A stretch of DNA of 64,000 nt from an uncultured Bacteroidota bacterium (lineage in GTDB: Bacteria > Bacteroidota > Bacteroidia > Chitinophagales > Chitinophagaceae), in NCBI GenBank assembly GCA_903958045.1, contig CAJBRT010000083.1, positions 7,353 to 71,352 of the forward strand, in the 5' to 3' direction. A program made the position numbers and the translations under genes. The notes below the pieces were generated by a model. That model was not told the DNA's origin, searched no databases, and worked only from the letters and a program-made list of their open reading frames with translations. This document shows, piece by piece, positions 8,033 to 16,150 of this stretch. Every line of letters begins with the position of its first letter. Position 1 is the stretch's first letter.

Positions 8033-10876
8033 ATGAAAAAATTCTTTTCTGCATTTACATTTCTTGTAATTGCTCTTTGCACAAGCGCGCAAAACATTGA
8101 CATTGCGAAGCATTTTAAAGGTTTAAAACCAAGAAGCATTGGTCCGGCTGGTATGAGTGGACGTGTTACTGCGATTGATGCAGTGTGGTCTAATCCTAAT
8201 ATTATTTATTTGGGAACGGCTAGTGGCGGCGTTTGGAAATCTGAAAATGGCGGTGCTAGTTGGGCTTCCATTTTTGATGAACAACCTATTTTAAATATTG
8301 GTTCTGTCGCAATTACACAAAGCAATCCAAGTATTGTTTGGGCAGGAACGGGCGAAGGTAATCCAAGAAACTCTGTGAGTTTAGGAGAAGGTATTTATAA
8401 AAGTTTAGATGGTGGTAAAACATGGAAGTGTATGGGTCTAGAAAAAACTAGAAACATTCACCGCATCATTATTGATCCAACAAATCCGAATGTTGTATAC
8501 GCGGGTGTTATTGGTAATCCATTTGTTCCACATCCAGAAAGAGGCTTATACAAAACAACAGATGGTGGTCAAACATGGAATATAATTTTACATACCAATG
8601 ATAGCAGTGGTGTTGGTGATATGGTAATGGATCCAGTAAATCCAAACAAGTTATTTGTAAACATGTATCAACACCAAAGAACTCCATGGAGCTTACAAGG
8701 TGGTGGAAAAGGAAGTGGATTTTATGTTACCTATGATGGCGGTAAAACATTTAAAAAATTAGGAAAAGAAGATGGTTTACCTGACGGAAACCTAGGCCGC
8801 ATAGGTATTACAGTGGGTCGTAACGATCCAAACAGGGTATATGCACTTGTTGAAGCAACAAAAAATGGTTTATATAAATCAGAAGATGGTGGTTTAAAAT
8901 GGGAGCTTGTAAATAGTGATCCTTCGGTGGTAACAAACCGTGCATTTTATTTTCAAGACATCGCTATTGATCCAACCAACGAAAACAGATTGTACAACAT
9001 CAATCAAATGATTACCGTGAGTGAAGACGCTGGTAAAACATTTAAATCAGTGATTCCGTACAGTGGTATTCATCCGGATCACCACGCTTGGTGGATTCAT
9101 CCACAAAATGGAAATTTTATTATTGATGGTAATGATGGTGGTATTGGCATTTCAAGAGACCGTGGTAAAACATGGCAGTTTGATGAGAAATTACCACTCG
9201 GACAATTTTATCATATCAATGTTGACAATAAAATTCCATACAACGTAATGGGTGGTTTACAAGACAATGGAAGTTGGCATGGTCCTGCATATGTATGGGT
9301 AAACAGCGGCATTAGAAATGCATACTGGCAAGGTGTTGGTGGTGGTGATGGCTTTGATGTGGTTCCAGATCCGGAAGATGCAAACTGGGTATACAGCATG
9401 AGTCAAGGCGGAGCAGTGGGCCGTTATAATATAGCTACGGGTGAAGAGTGGAGTATTCGTCCTCCAAGTCCAGCACCAGGTGTGCGTCAGCGTTTTAATT
9501 GGAACGCAGCGATTGCACAAGATCCTTTTGATAAAAAAACAATTTATTATGGTTCTCAATTTGTAAACAAGAGTACCGATAAGGGCGCATCTTGGACACA
9601 AATTTCTGATGATCTAACAACGCGCGATAGTGCAAAAATGGATCAGTCTAATAATGGAGGATTAAACGTAGATATTACCGGAGCTGAAAACTATTGCACG
9701 ATTATTTGTATCGAACCTTCTGCAAAACAACAAGGCGTTATTTGGGCAGGTACCGATGATGGTAACGTTCAATTAACGCAAGATGGTGGAAAAACATGGA
9801 CTAACTTTAGAGGTAAAATCCCCGGAATGCCACTAGGCGCATGGGTTCCACAAATCCGTGCTTCTCGTTTTAATGCTGGAGAAGCTTTTGTAGTGGCTAA
9901 CGATTACAGAAGAGGCAACATGAAACCTACTGTTTTTAGAACCACTGATTTTGGAAAAACATGGACCAATATTTTAGAAGATAAAAAGGTAATTGGTTAT
10001 GCACTTTGCGTATTGCAAGATCCAACTCAACCAAATTTAATTTTTGTTGGTACCGAGCAGGGCTTATGGATTAGTCTAGATAACGCCGCAACATTCCAAC
10101 AATTTAAAAATGATTATCCTTCTGTTTCTACCTACGATTTAGCGATTCAAGAAAGAGAAAACGATTTAGTCATTGCAACTTTTGGTAGAGCTATTTATAT
10201 TTTAGATGATATAGGTGGTTTAAGAAAAGCAGCCGCTAATATGGGTAAAGTGTTTGCTAATAAAGTAACTGTATTTAATGCACCAGCTGGTTACCAAGCC
10301 CACCGCAAAAATGCAATGGGTATCGAGTATAGCGTTTGGGGTACTTATGAAGGTGAAAATAAAAGAGCTGGACTTCCAATTAGTTTTTATGTAAATAAAG
10401 CAGCGTCTGATACGGGCAAAAATACGATTGGCGACACCGCTACTTTCCGTTTTTATGACGCCAACAATACACTTGTTAGAACCATTCGTTCTAAAACAGA
10501 AGCTGGGTTTAATAGATATTATTGGGGTATGGAAGGACGCGGCCTTCGCGCAAGTGGCGGCGGCGGAAGAGGTGGTAGAATGGGCGGCGGCGCTGGTTTT
10601 GGCGGTGGTGCACCACAAGAAGCACCAGGTTTACCAGTGGATCCAGGAACCTATAAAGTAGTCGTGAGTGTTGGTCGTAATGTATCTGATAGTACCATGC
10701 TTGTTGTAAACGATGATCCATTTGCACCAACTTCTAAGGAAGTGCGTGACGCGATTAGAAAAGCAAATGCGCGTTTAGATAAGACTACCGAAAAACTAAA
10801 TACGCTAAATGAGCGTATGACAGAAGCGGATGGCATCATTGCTAAAATAGAAGCGAACCTCAGAGATATGGATTAA
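8033..10876 (+). CDS. BNR/Asp-box repeat, sortilin(VPS10)-like secreted glycosidase-like protein, N-terminal about 947 codons of an interrupted gene
   Basis: Signal peptide MKKFFSAFTFLVIALCTSAQ from ATG 8033. At least 10 Asp-boxes (SLDGGKTW, TTDGGQTW, SRDRGKTW, TQDGGKTW, TTDFGKTW and others). Paralog of 36278..39481. Ends at TAA 10874-10876 while the frame stays open. Confidence 0.8.
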   Translation: MKKFFSAFTFLVIALCTSAQNIDIAKHFKGLKPRSIGPAGMSGRVTAIDAVWSNPNIIYLGTASGGVWKSENGGASWASIFDEQPILNIGSVAITQSNPSIVWAGTGEGNPRNSVSLGEGIYKSLDGGKTWKCMGLEKTRNIHRIIIDPTNPNVVYAGVIGNPFVPHPERGLYKTTDGGQTWNIILHTNDSSGVGDMVMDPVNPNKLFVNMYQHQRTPWSLQGGGKGSGFYVTYDGGKTFKKLGKEDGLPDGNLGRIGITVGRNDPNRVYALVEATKNGLYKSEDGGLKWELVNSDPSVVTNRAFYFQDIAIDPTNENRLYNINQMITVSEDAGKTFKSVIPYSGIHPDHHAWWIHPQNGNFIIDGNDGGIGISRDRGKTWQFDEKLPLGQFYHINVDNKIPYNVMGGLQDNGSWHGPAYVWVNSGIRNAYWQGVGGGDGFDVVPDPEDANWVYSMSQGGAVGRYNIATGEEWSIRPPSPAPGVRQRFNWNAAIAQDPFDKKTIYYGSQFVNKSTDKGASWTQISDDLTTRDSAKMDQSNNGGLNVDITGAENYCTIICIEPSAKQQGVIWAGTDDGNVQLTQDGGKTWTNFRGKIPGMPLGAWVPQIRASRFNAGEAFVVANDYRRGNMKPTVFRTTDFGKTWTNILEDKKVIGYALCVLQDPTQPNLIFVGTEQGLWISLDNAATFQQFKNDYPSVSTYDLAIQERENDLVIATFGRAIYILDDIGGLRKAAANMGKVFANKVTVFNAPAGYQAHRKNAMGIEYSVWGTYEGENKRAGLPISFYVNKAASDTGKNTIGDTATFRFYDANNTLVRTIRSKTEAGFNRYYWGMEGRGLRASGGGGRGGRMGGGAGFGGGAPQEAPGLPVDPGTYKVVVSVGRNVSDSTMLVVNDDPFAPTSKEVRDAIRKANARLDKTTEKLNTLNERMTEADGIIAKIEANLRDMD

Positions 10877-10942
10877 AAAGCAGCAGATACCATTCGTAAA
10901 ACAGTAACCGCGGCTAAAGATGAATTAAAAGCGATTAGAGAA

Positions 10943-11215
10943 ATGCTTAATGGTAAACCACAAACAAAACAAGGTTACGGAAATATTCCGCAAGTAACAG
11001 TAAGTAGTGTTTTTGGTGAGGCTAGAATGACAGTGATGGGTAAGCCGGTAGCACCTGGTGCACAAGAAGATAGACTTATTACATTTGCTGAGCAAAAAGT
11101 TGGAGAAGTAATTACACGCGCCAATAAGTTTTTTGAGGGTACTTGGAAAACATTGCGATCACTTGCAGAAGCGGCACCTGTAAAAATCTTTAAAGATTAC
11201 ACTACAATCGAATAA
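10943..11215 (+). CDS. C-terminal remnant of the upstream BNR/sortilin-like gene (same frame, separated only by one TAA)
   Basis: The frame of 8033..10876 continues open from 10877 to 11215. The translated region (..GKPQTKQGYG..FFEGTWKTLRSLAEAAPVKIF) parallels the C-terminus of the paralog (..[21 protein letters not shown]). Confidence 0.6.
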   Translation: MLNGKPQTKQGYGNIPQVTVSSVFGEARMTVMGKPVAPGAQEDRLITFAEQKVGEVITRANKFFEGTWKTLRSLAEAAPVKIFKDYTTIE

Positions 11216-11265
11216 ATAAATTTTGAATACCCCAATATTTTTACAATCATAACTAGCAACCAATT

Positions 11266-12966
11266 ATGAGTTCATTAGCACTATCAGATAAAATTGTTTT
11301 TGTACTTTATTTTTTAATAGTTGCTAGTTATGGTTATTGGGTATACCGTAAAAAAAAGGATACCGTTTCGGCATCTCAAGACTTTTTTTTAGCCGAAGGA
11401 TCACTTACCTGGTGGGCTATTGGAGCTTCGTTAATTGCCTCCAATATTTCTGCTGAGCAGTTTATTGGTATGAGTGGCGAAGGTTTTTTTGTAGGCGTTG
11501 CCATTGCAGCCTACGAATGGATTGCGGCACTTGGTTTAATCATTATCGCTGTTTGGTTCATCCCTATTTATTTGAAGAACAAGATTTACACCATGCCTCA
11601 ATTTTTAAAAACGAGGTATAACGAATCTGTGGCGCTTGTAATGGCCATATTTTGGTTGTTGTTGTATGTGTTTGTAAACTTTACTTCTATATTGTATTTA
11701 GGAGCCGTTGCGATCAATGGTTTATTGGGTGGCGATTATTTACACCTCGTAATGATTGGACTTATGCTCATGGCGCTTATCATTACGCTTGGGGGAATGA
11801 AAGTGATTGGTTACACCGATGTTATTCAGGTGGCTGTTTTAATTATTGGTGGTTTTGCAACCGTATACATGGCATTAGAAATTGTTGATCAACGCATCAA
11901 TCACGTTGTTGACGGCAGTGCTCTTGCAGGGTTTAATACTTTGTTATCGCAAGCTCCGGAACACTTCCATTTAATTTTACCAAAACCCAATAATACTGAC
12001 ATGAGTGCTGCTGGGCAATTGGCAAGAGATAAGTATATTATTTTACCTGGTATCGCTATGTATTTTGCAGGCCAATGGATTTTGAATTTAAATTATTGGG
12101 GTTGTAATCAGTACATCACACAACGCGCACTAGGCGCACAATTAGAAACGGCAAGAAAAGGTATCTTGTTTGCCGGCTTCATGAAATTATTTATGCCTGT
12201 TATTGTAATGCTTCCGGGTATTGCAGCATTTGTGCTCTATAAAAATGGTCAGTTAGCAGGTTTTGAAGGTGGAAAAGACGGTGCATACTCTGCGATACTT
12301 GCATTTTTACCAGCCGGTTTAAAAGGACTAGCGATTGCTGCACTTACTGCTGCGATTGTTGCATCACTTGCTGGAAAGGCAAATAGCATTTCCACCATTT
12401 TTACATTAGATATTTACAAAAAATATATCAACCAACATGCCGACGAAAAAAAGTTGGTATGGACAGGCCGTTTAACCGTATTTATTTCAATGGTGATAGC
12501 CGTAATATTTACTTGGAAAGATTTATTGGGAATTAGTGGCGAAGGTGGATTTACTTTCATACAAAAATATACCGGCTTTATTAGCCCGGGTGTATTTGCG
12601 ATGTTTATGCTTGGATTTTTCTGGAAGCGCACCACTGGTGCAGCTGCTATGACAGGATTGATTACCGGATTTTTATTGGCTATATTTTTTAACAGCTATG
12701 CTATCCCGCTTTTTGGCACAGACAATATCATGTATACCGCGTACCTAAATAAAAGCGGTGCTTACGAAATTCCATTTTTAATAAATATGGGGTGGTCATT
12801 TGTACTTACGATACTTATAATGGTTATTGTAAGTATGGCAGGTCCTAAAGTAAACCCTAAAGCATTTGAAATAGATGCAAGTATGTTTAAGGTAAGTAAA
12901 TCAACACTCGTGCTGATCGTAATTATACTCATGCTATTAAGTGCCTTGTACGTTAAATTCTGGTAG
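11266..12966 (+). CDS. Sodium:solute symporter (SSS/SGLT family) sugar transporter
   Basis: 566 aa with about 14 TM segments. The SSS-type N-terminal region (FFLAEGSLTWWAIGASLIASNISAEQFIGMSG) is typical of Na+/glucose-type cotransporters. Confidence 0.85.
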   Translation: MSSLALSDKIVFVLYFLIVASYGYWVYRKKKDTVSASQDFFLAEGSLTWWAIGASLIASNISAEQFIGMSGEGFFVGVAIAAYEWIAALGLIIIAVWFIPIYLKNKIYTMPQFLKTRYNESVALVMAIFWLLLYVFVNFTSILYLGAVAINGLLGGDYLHLVMIGLMLMALIITLGGMKVIGYTDVIQVAVLIIGGFATVYMALEIVDQRINHVVDGSALAGFNTLLSQAPEHFHLILPKPNNTDMSAAGQLARDKYIILPGIAMYFAGQWILNLNYWGCNQYITQRALGAQLETARKGILFAGFMKLFMPVIVMLPGIAAFVLYKNGQLAGFEGGKDGAYSAILAFLPAGLKGLAIAALTAAIVASLAGKANSISTIFTLDIYKKYINQHADEKKLVWTGRLTVFISMVIAVIFTWKDLLGISGEGGFTFIQKYTGFISPGVFAMFMLGFFWKRTTGAAAMTGLITGFLLAIFFNSYAIPLFGTDNIMYTAYLNKSGAYEIPFLINMGWSFVLTILIMVIVSMAGPKVNPKAFEIDASMFKVSKSTLVLIVIILMLLSALYVKFW

Positions 12967-12968
12967 AC

Positions 12969-13097
12969 TTATCTAACATCTTTTGCGCAGCCGCAACCGC
13001 CTTTTCGCTGATAGCCAGGCTTAAATACGCTGCAAGAAGAGGCTGTAACAGCCATCACAAGTGTGATGATAATAATTTTAAGTAGGCTGTGTTTCAT
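12969..13097 (-). CDS. Small putative lipoprotein (42 aa), below the ORF-track length cutoff
   Basis: Hand translation gives MKHSLLKIIIITLVMAVTASSCSVFKPGYQRKGGCGCAKDVR. It has a hydrophobic signal plus a lipobox-like ASSC, and fills most of an otherwise empty 160-nt gap. Confidence 0.4.
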   Translation of the reverse strand: MKHSLLKIIIITLVMAVTASSCSVFKPGYQRKGGCGCAKDVR

Positions 13098-13211
13098 AAT
13101 TGAATACTAAATTACGTAAAAATTTAGCCATTTACCATCAAAACAGCCGCGCCCATACAACGAATTTTAATTGCTCCACTCGATTGGGGACTTGGACATG
13201 CATCTAGATGT

Positions 13212-14186
13212 GTGCCTATTATTCATGATTGTATTGAAAAAGGCCATTTAGTTACTATTGCTGCTGATGGTGCACAAAAAAAATTGTTACAATATTATTT
13301 TCCAAATGCCAGTTATGTAACAATTCCAAAATATAATATCAGGTATAGTAAAAAAGCTTGGTGGCTCCCTGTTGTTTTATTTTTTCAGTTACCTAAAATT
13401 GCTGCTGCAATTTATAAAGAGCACCGCTGGTTACAAGTGCATGCAACAGCGTTTGATCAGGTGATTTCTGATAATAGGTATGGTCTGTACAACAGCCAAT
13501 TAAAAACCATATTTATCAGCCATCAATTACTTGTTAAAGCCCCATTTAAATGGGTAGAAACAATCATTCAAAAAACGCAGTACTATTTTATCAATAAATT
13601 TTCGGAGTGCTGGGTTCCTGACACGCTGGATTATCCAGGCTTTGCAGCGGATTTGTCTCACCCAGCTGTCATGCCAAAAATACCGGTTAAGTATATTGGT
13701 GCTCTAAGCCAGTTTAGTGTTTTACAAAACGCAACTACTACTGCGCCACCCAAAAAATATACATACTGTTTTTTATTGTCTGGTCCAGAGCCACAACGAA
13801 CGTTACTACAAAATTTAATTGAATCAGGGGCAGCGCGTTTACATGAACCTTCCATACTAATTGAAGGAAGGCCTTCCGATTTACCCAATCATTATCAAAT
13901 TAATGAAACACTTACCAAACTGCGGTATGCGCGTGGTCAAGATTTGTTAGACATTATTATGCAGTCTGAATATATTGTGTGTCGAAGTGGATATTCTACG
14001 CTCATGGAACTATTACCGCTGCACAAAAAAATGATATTAGTACCTACACCGGGTCAAACAGAGCAGGTATATTTGGCTAGATCTCTTGCAAGTCGTCAAA
14101 TGGCTGTAATGATCGATCAGGCTACATTTGATCTGAACACACTTAATGAAAAAGCAGACAAGCATTGCTTTATATTTGCCACATGA
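13212..14186 (+). CDS. Glycosyltransferase (GT1/GT28 MurG-like, UDP-glycosyltransferase fold). The true N-terminus probably lies upstream.
   Basis: 324-aa ORF from GTG 13212. The same frame is open from 13128 and encodes the conserved N-terminal motif RILIAPLDWGLGHASRC upstream of the first canonical start. Confidence 0.7.
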   Translation: MPIIHDCIEKGHLVTIAADGAQKKLLQYYFPNASYVTIPKYNIRYSKKAWWLPVVLFFQLPKIAAAIYKEHRWLQVHATAFDQVISDNRYGLYNSQLKTIFISHQLLVKAPFKWVETIIQKTQYYFINKFSECWVPDTLDYPGFAADLSHPAVMPKIPVKYIGALSQFSVLQNATTTAPPKKYTYCFLLSGPEPQRTLLQNLIESGAARLHEPSILIEGRPSDLPNHYQINETLTKLRYARGQDLLDIIMQSEYIVCRSGYSTLMELLPLHKKMILVPTPGQTEQVYLARSLASRQMAVMIDQATFDLNTLNEKADKHCFIFAT

Positions 14187-15070
14187 ATTCAAAAACAAAG
14201 GCGCATCTTGCTGTATTAATTGCCAATTTAATTTTTGGAGCGGGGTACGCGGTTATAAAAACAATTACGCCAGCTTATTTAGCGCCCTATTCTTTAAATG
14301 TGGTGCGTGTGGTAGTGAGTCTTGTATTATTTTGGTCTTTGTTATTTTTCAAACCATCAAAAGTATCTATCGATAAAAAAGATATACCCTTATTTATAAT
14401 ATGTGGTATCACAGGTGTAGCCATCAATCAAATTATGTTTGTAAAAGGATTGGCATTAACATCGGCGATTCATAGTTCTTTACTTTCTTTAGCCACACCC
14501 ATATTTATTACCATCATTGCCATTTGGCTTATTGGTGAAAAGTTTAGTATCAATAAATTAATTGGCTTATTACTAGGTATTGGTGGCGCTACTTTACTCG
14601 TACTGGTTAAAGATGGTCAATCAAATAATGGCAGTAGTTTGCTCGGCGATTTGTTTATTCTGATCAATGCTATTTCTTATGCATTTTATATGGTGCTTGT
14701 AAAGCCACTCATGGAAAAATACAATGCACTCCATGTATTGCGCTGGGTATTTACCTTTGGCAGCATTTTTATTTTACCAATTGCGCTTCCTGATTTTGTA
14801 GCCACCGATTGGTCTTTGTTTGGAACCCCACAGTGGTTAGCACTTGCGTTTGTGGTTCTCCTTGTTACTTTTTTATCGTATTTATTTACGGTGTATGGAT
14901 TGCAGGAGCTGGGCCCATCTGTAACGGGCGCATACATTTACACCCAACCCGTTTTTGCAACCATTATCGCAATGGTTTTTGCTGGCGAACATTTTACATT
15001 CATTAAAGCAGCAGCAGCTGTACTTATTTTTTCGGGTGTTTATTTAGTGAATAGAAAAAAAGCAATCTAA
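14183..15070 (+). CDS. EamA/DMT-family transporter
   Basis: About 295 aa from ATG 14183 (ATGA overlap with the glycosyltransferase stop). Ten predicted TM segments in two EamA-like halves. Confidence 0.8.
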   Translation: MNSKTKAHLAVLIANLIFGAGYAVIKTITPAYLAPYSLNVVRVVVSLVLFWSLLFFKPSKVSIDKKDIPLFIICGITGVAINQIMFVKGLALTSAIHSSLLSLATPIFITIIAIWLIGEKFSINKLIGLLLGIGGATLLVLVKDGQSNNGSSLLGDLFILINAISYAFYMVLVKPLMEKYNALHVLRWVFTFGSIFILPIALPDFVATDWSLFGTPQWLALAFVVLLVTFLSYLFTVYGLQELGPSVTGAYIYTQPVFATIIAMVFAGEHFTFIKAAAAVLIFSGVYLVNRKKAI

Positions 15071-15081
15071 CAGCGTTTCTT

Positions 15082-15089
15082 TATATTTG
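15082..15089 (+). promoter_or_regulatory. Bacteroidota -7 promoter box TATATTTG (TAnnTTTG), 5 nt upstream of the selU ATG
   Basis: Exact match to the established Bacteroidetes sigma-A -7 consensus. The position implies a near-leaderless transcript. Confidence 0.45.
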
Positions 15090-15094
15090 TAAGG

Positions 15095-16150
15095 ATGGCT
15101 GTAAAACGGATACCTATAACAGAATTTGTTTCAATGATGGAACAGTATCCAATACTGGATGTACGAAGCCCATCAGAATATGCGCATGCGCATATGAAAA
15201 ACGCGCACTCTTTACCCTTGTTTACCGACGAAGAACGAAAAGTAGTAGGCACGGCTTACAAACAACAAGGGAAGCAACCTGCCATTAAATTAGGCCTCCA
15301 TTATTTTGGGGTCAAAATGGCTTCAATGGTTGGTGAAGTGGAGGCGCTGCTAGCGGCTAGCCCAGATCCTAACAATAAAGTGGTACTGGTGCACTGTTGG
15401 CGTGGGGGCATGCGTAGTGCCGGCGTAGCATGGCTTTTAGACTTATACGGCTATTCTGTGTACACACTCGCGGGTGGCTATAAAGCCTACCGTAACTGGG
15501 TATTAGCACAATTTAACTTGGAGTACTCCTTTAAAGTGATAGGTGGTTATACGGGATCTGGTAAAACAGAAACCTTGCATGCACTTCAAGGATTAAACGA
15601 GCCCATTATAGATTTAGAAGGCCTTGCGCATCATAAGGGTTCTACATTTGGAAATTTGGGACAGCCCGTGCAACCTTCGCAAGAACAGTTTGAAAATTTA
15701 CTGGCACAGTCACTATATAAAATCAGTCAAAGTCAGTCTTACATTTGGATAGAAGACGAAAGTAGGCGCATTGGACTTGTTAATATACCTCCTCAACTAT
15801 TTGAGCAAATCAGAAAAAGCAAATTGTATTTTTTAGATATTTCTTTTACTGAAAGGCTTCAATTTATTTTAAAGGGATATGGCAAATTTGAAAAAGATAA
15901 ATTGATGAGTGCCATTCTTCGAATCAAAAAAAGATTGGGTGGATTAGAAACAAAAACTGCTATCAATTATTTAATAGAAGATGATGTTGAAAGTAGTTTT
16001 AAAATACTGCTTACTTACTACGATAAATTATATTTGAAAGGCGCCTATAATAGAGAAAATGCGGAAACATTGATTCATACAATTGAAGCACCTACTGTTG
16101 ACGCAGCTGTAAATGCAGCTACATTATTAGCCAGAGCTGGGTTACAATAA
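15095..16150 (+). CDS. mnmH: tRNA 2-selenouridine(34) synthase
   Basis: 351 aa. Rhodanese domain with active-site loop HCWRGGMRS, followed by the P-loop GGYTGSGKTE. This architecture is diagnostic of SelU/MnmH/YbbB. Confidence 0.85.
   Translation: MAVKRIPITEFVSMMEQYPILDVRSPSEYAHAHMKNAHSLPLFTDEERKVVGTAYKQQGKQPAIKLGLHYFGVKMASMVGEVEALLAASPDPNNKVVLVHCWRGGMRSAGVAWLLDLYGYSVYTLAGGYKAYRNWVLAQFNLEYSFKVIGGYTGSGKTETLHALQGLNEPIIDLEGLAHHKGSTFGNLGQPVQPSQEQFENLLAQSLYKISQSQSYIWIEDESRRIGLVNIPPQLFEQIRKSKLYFLDISFTERLQFILKGYGKFEKDKLMSAILRIKKRLGGLETKTAINYLIEDDVESSFKILLTYYDKLYLKGAYNRENAETLIHTIEAPTVDAAVNAATLLARAGLQ

Noticed and set aside
10220-10730. Cluster of overlapping alternative-frame ORFs: 132 aa (minus), 77 aa (plus) and 73 aa (minus).
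   Set aside because: All of them overlap the GC-rich Gly/Arg codon tract of the sortilin-like gene, which removes stop codons in other frames. Their translations are low-complexity, so they are artefacts.
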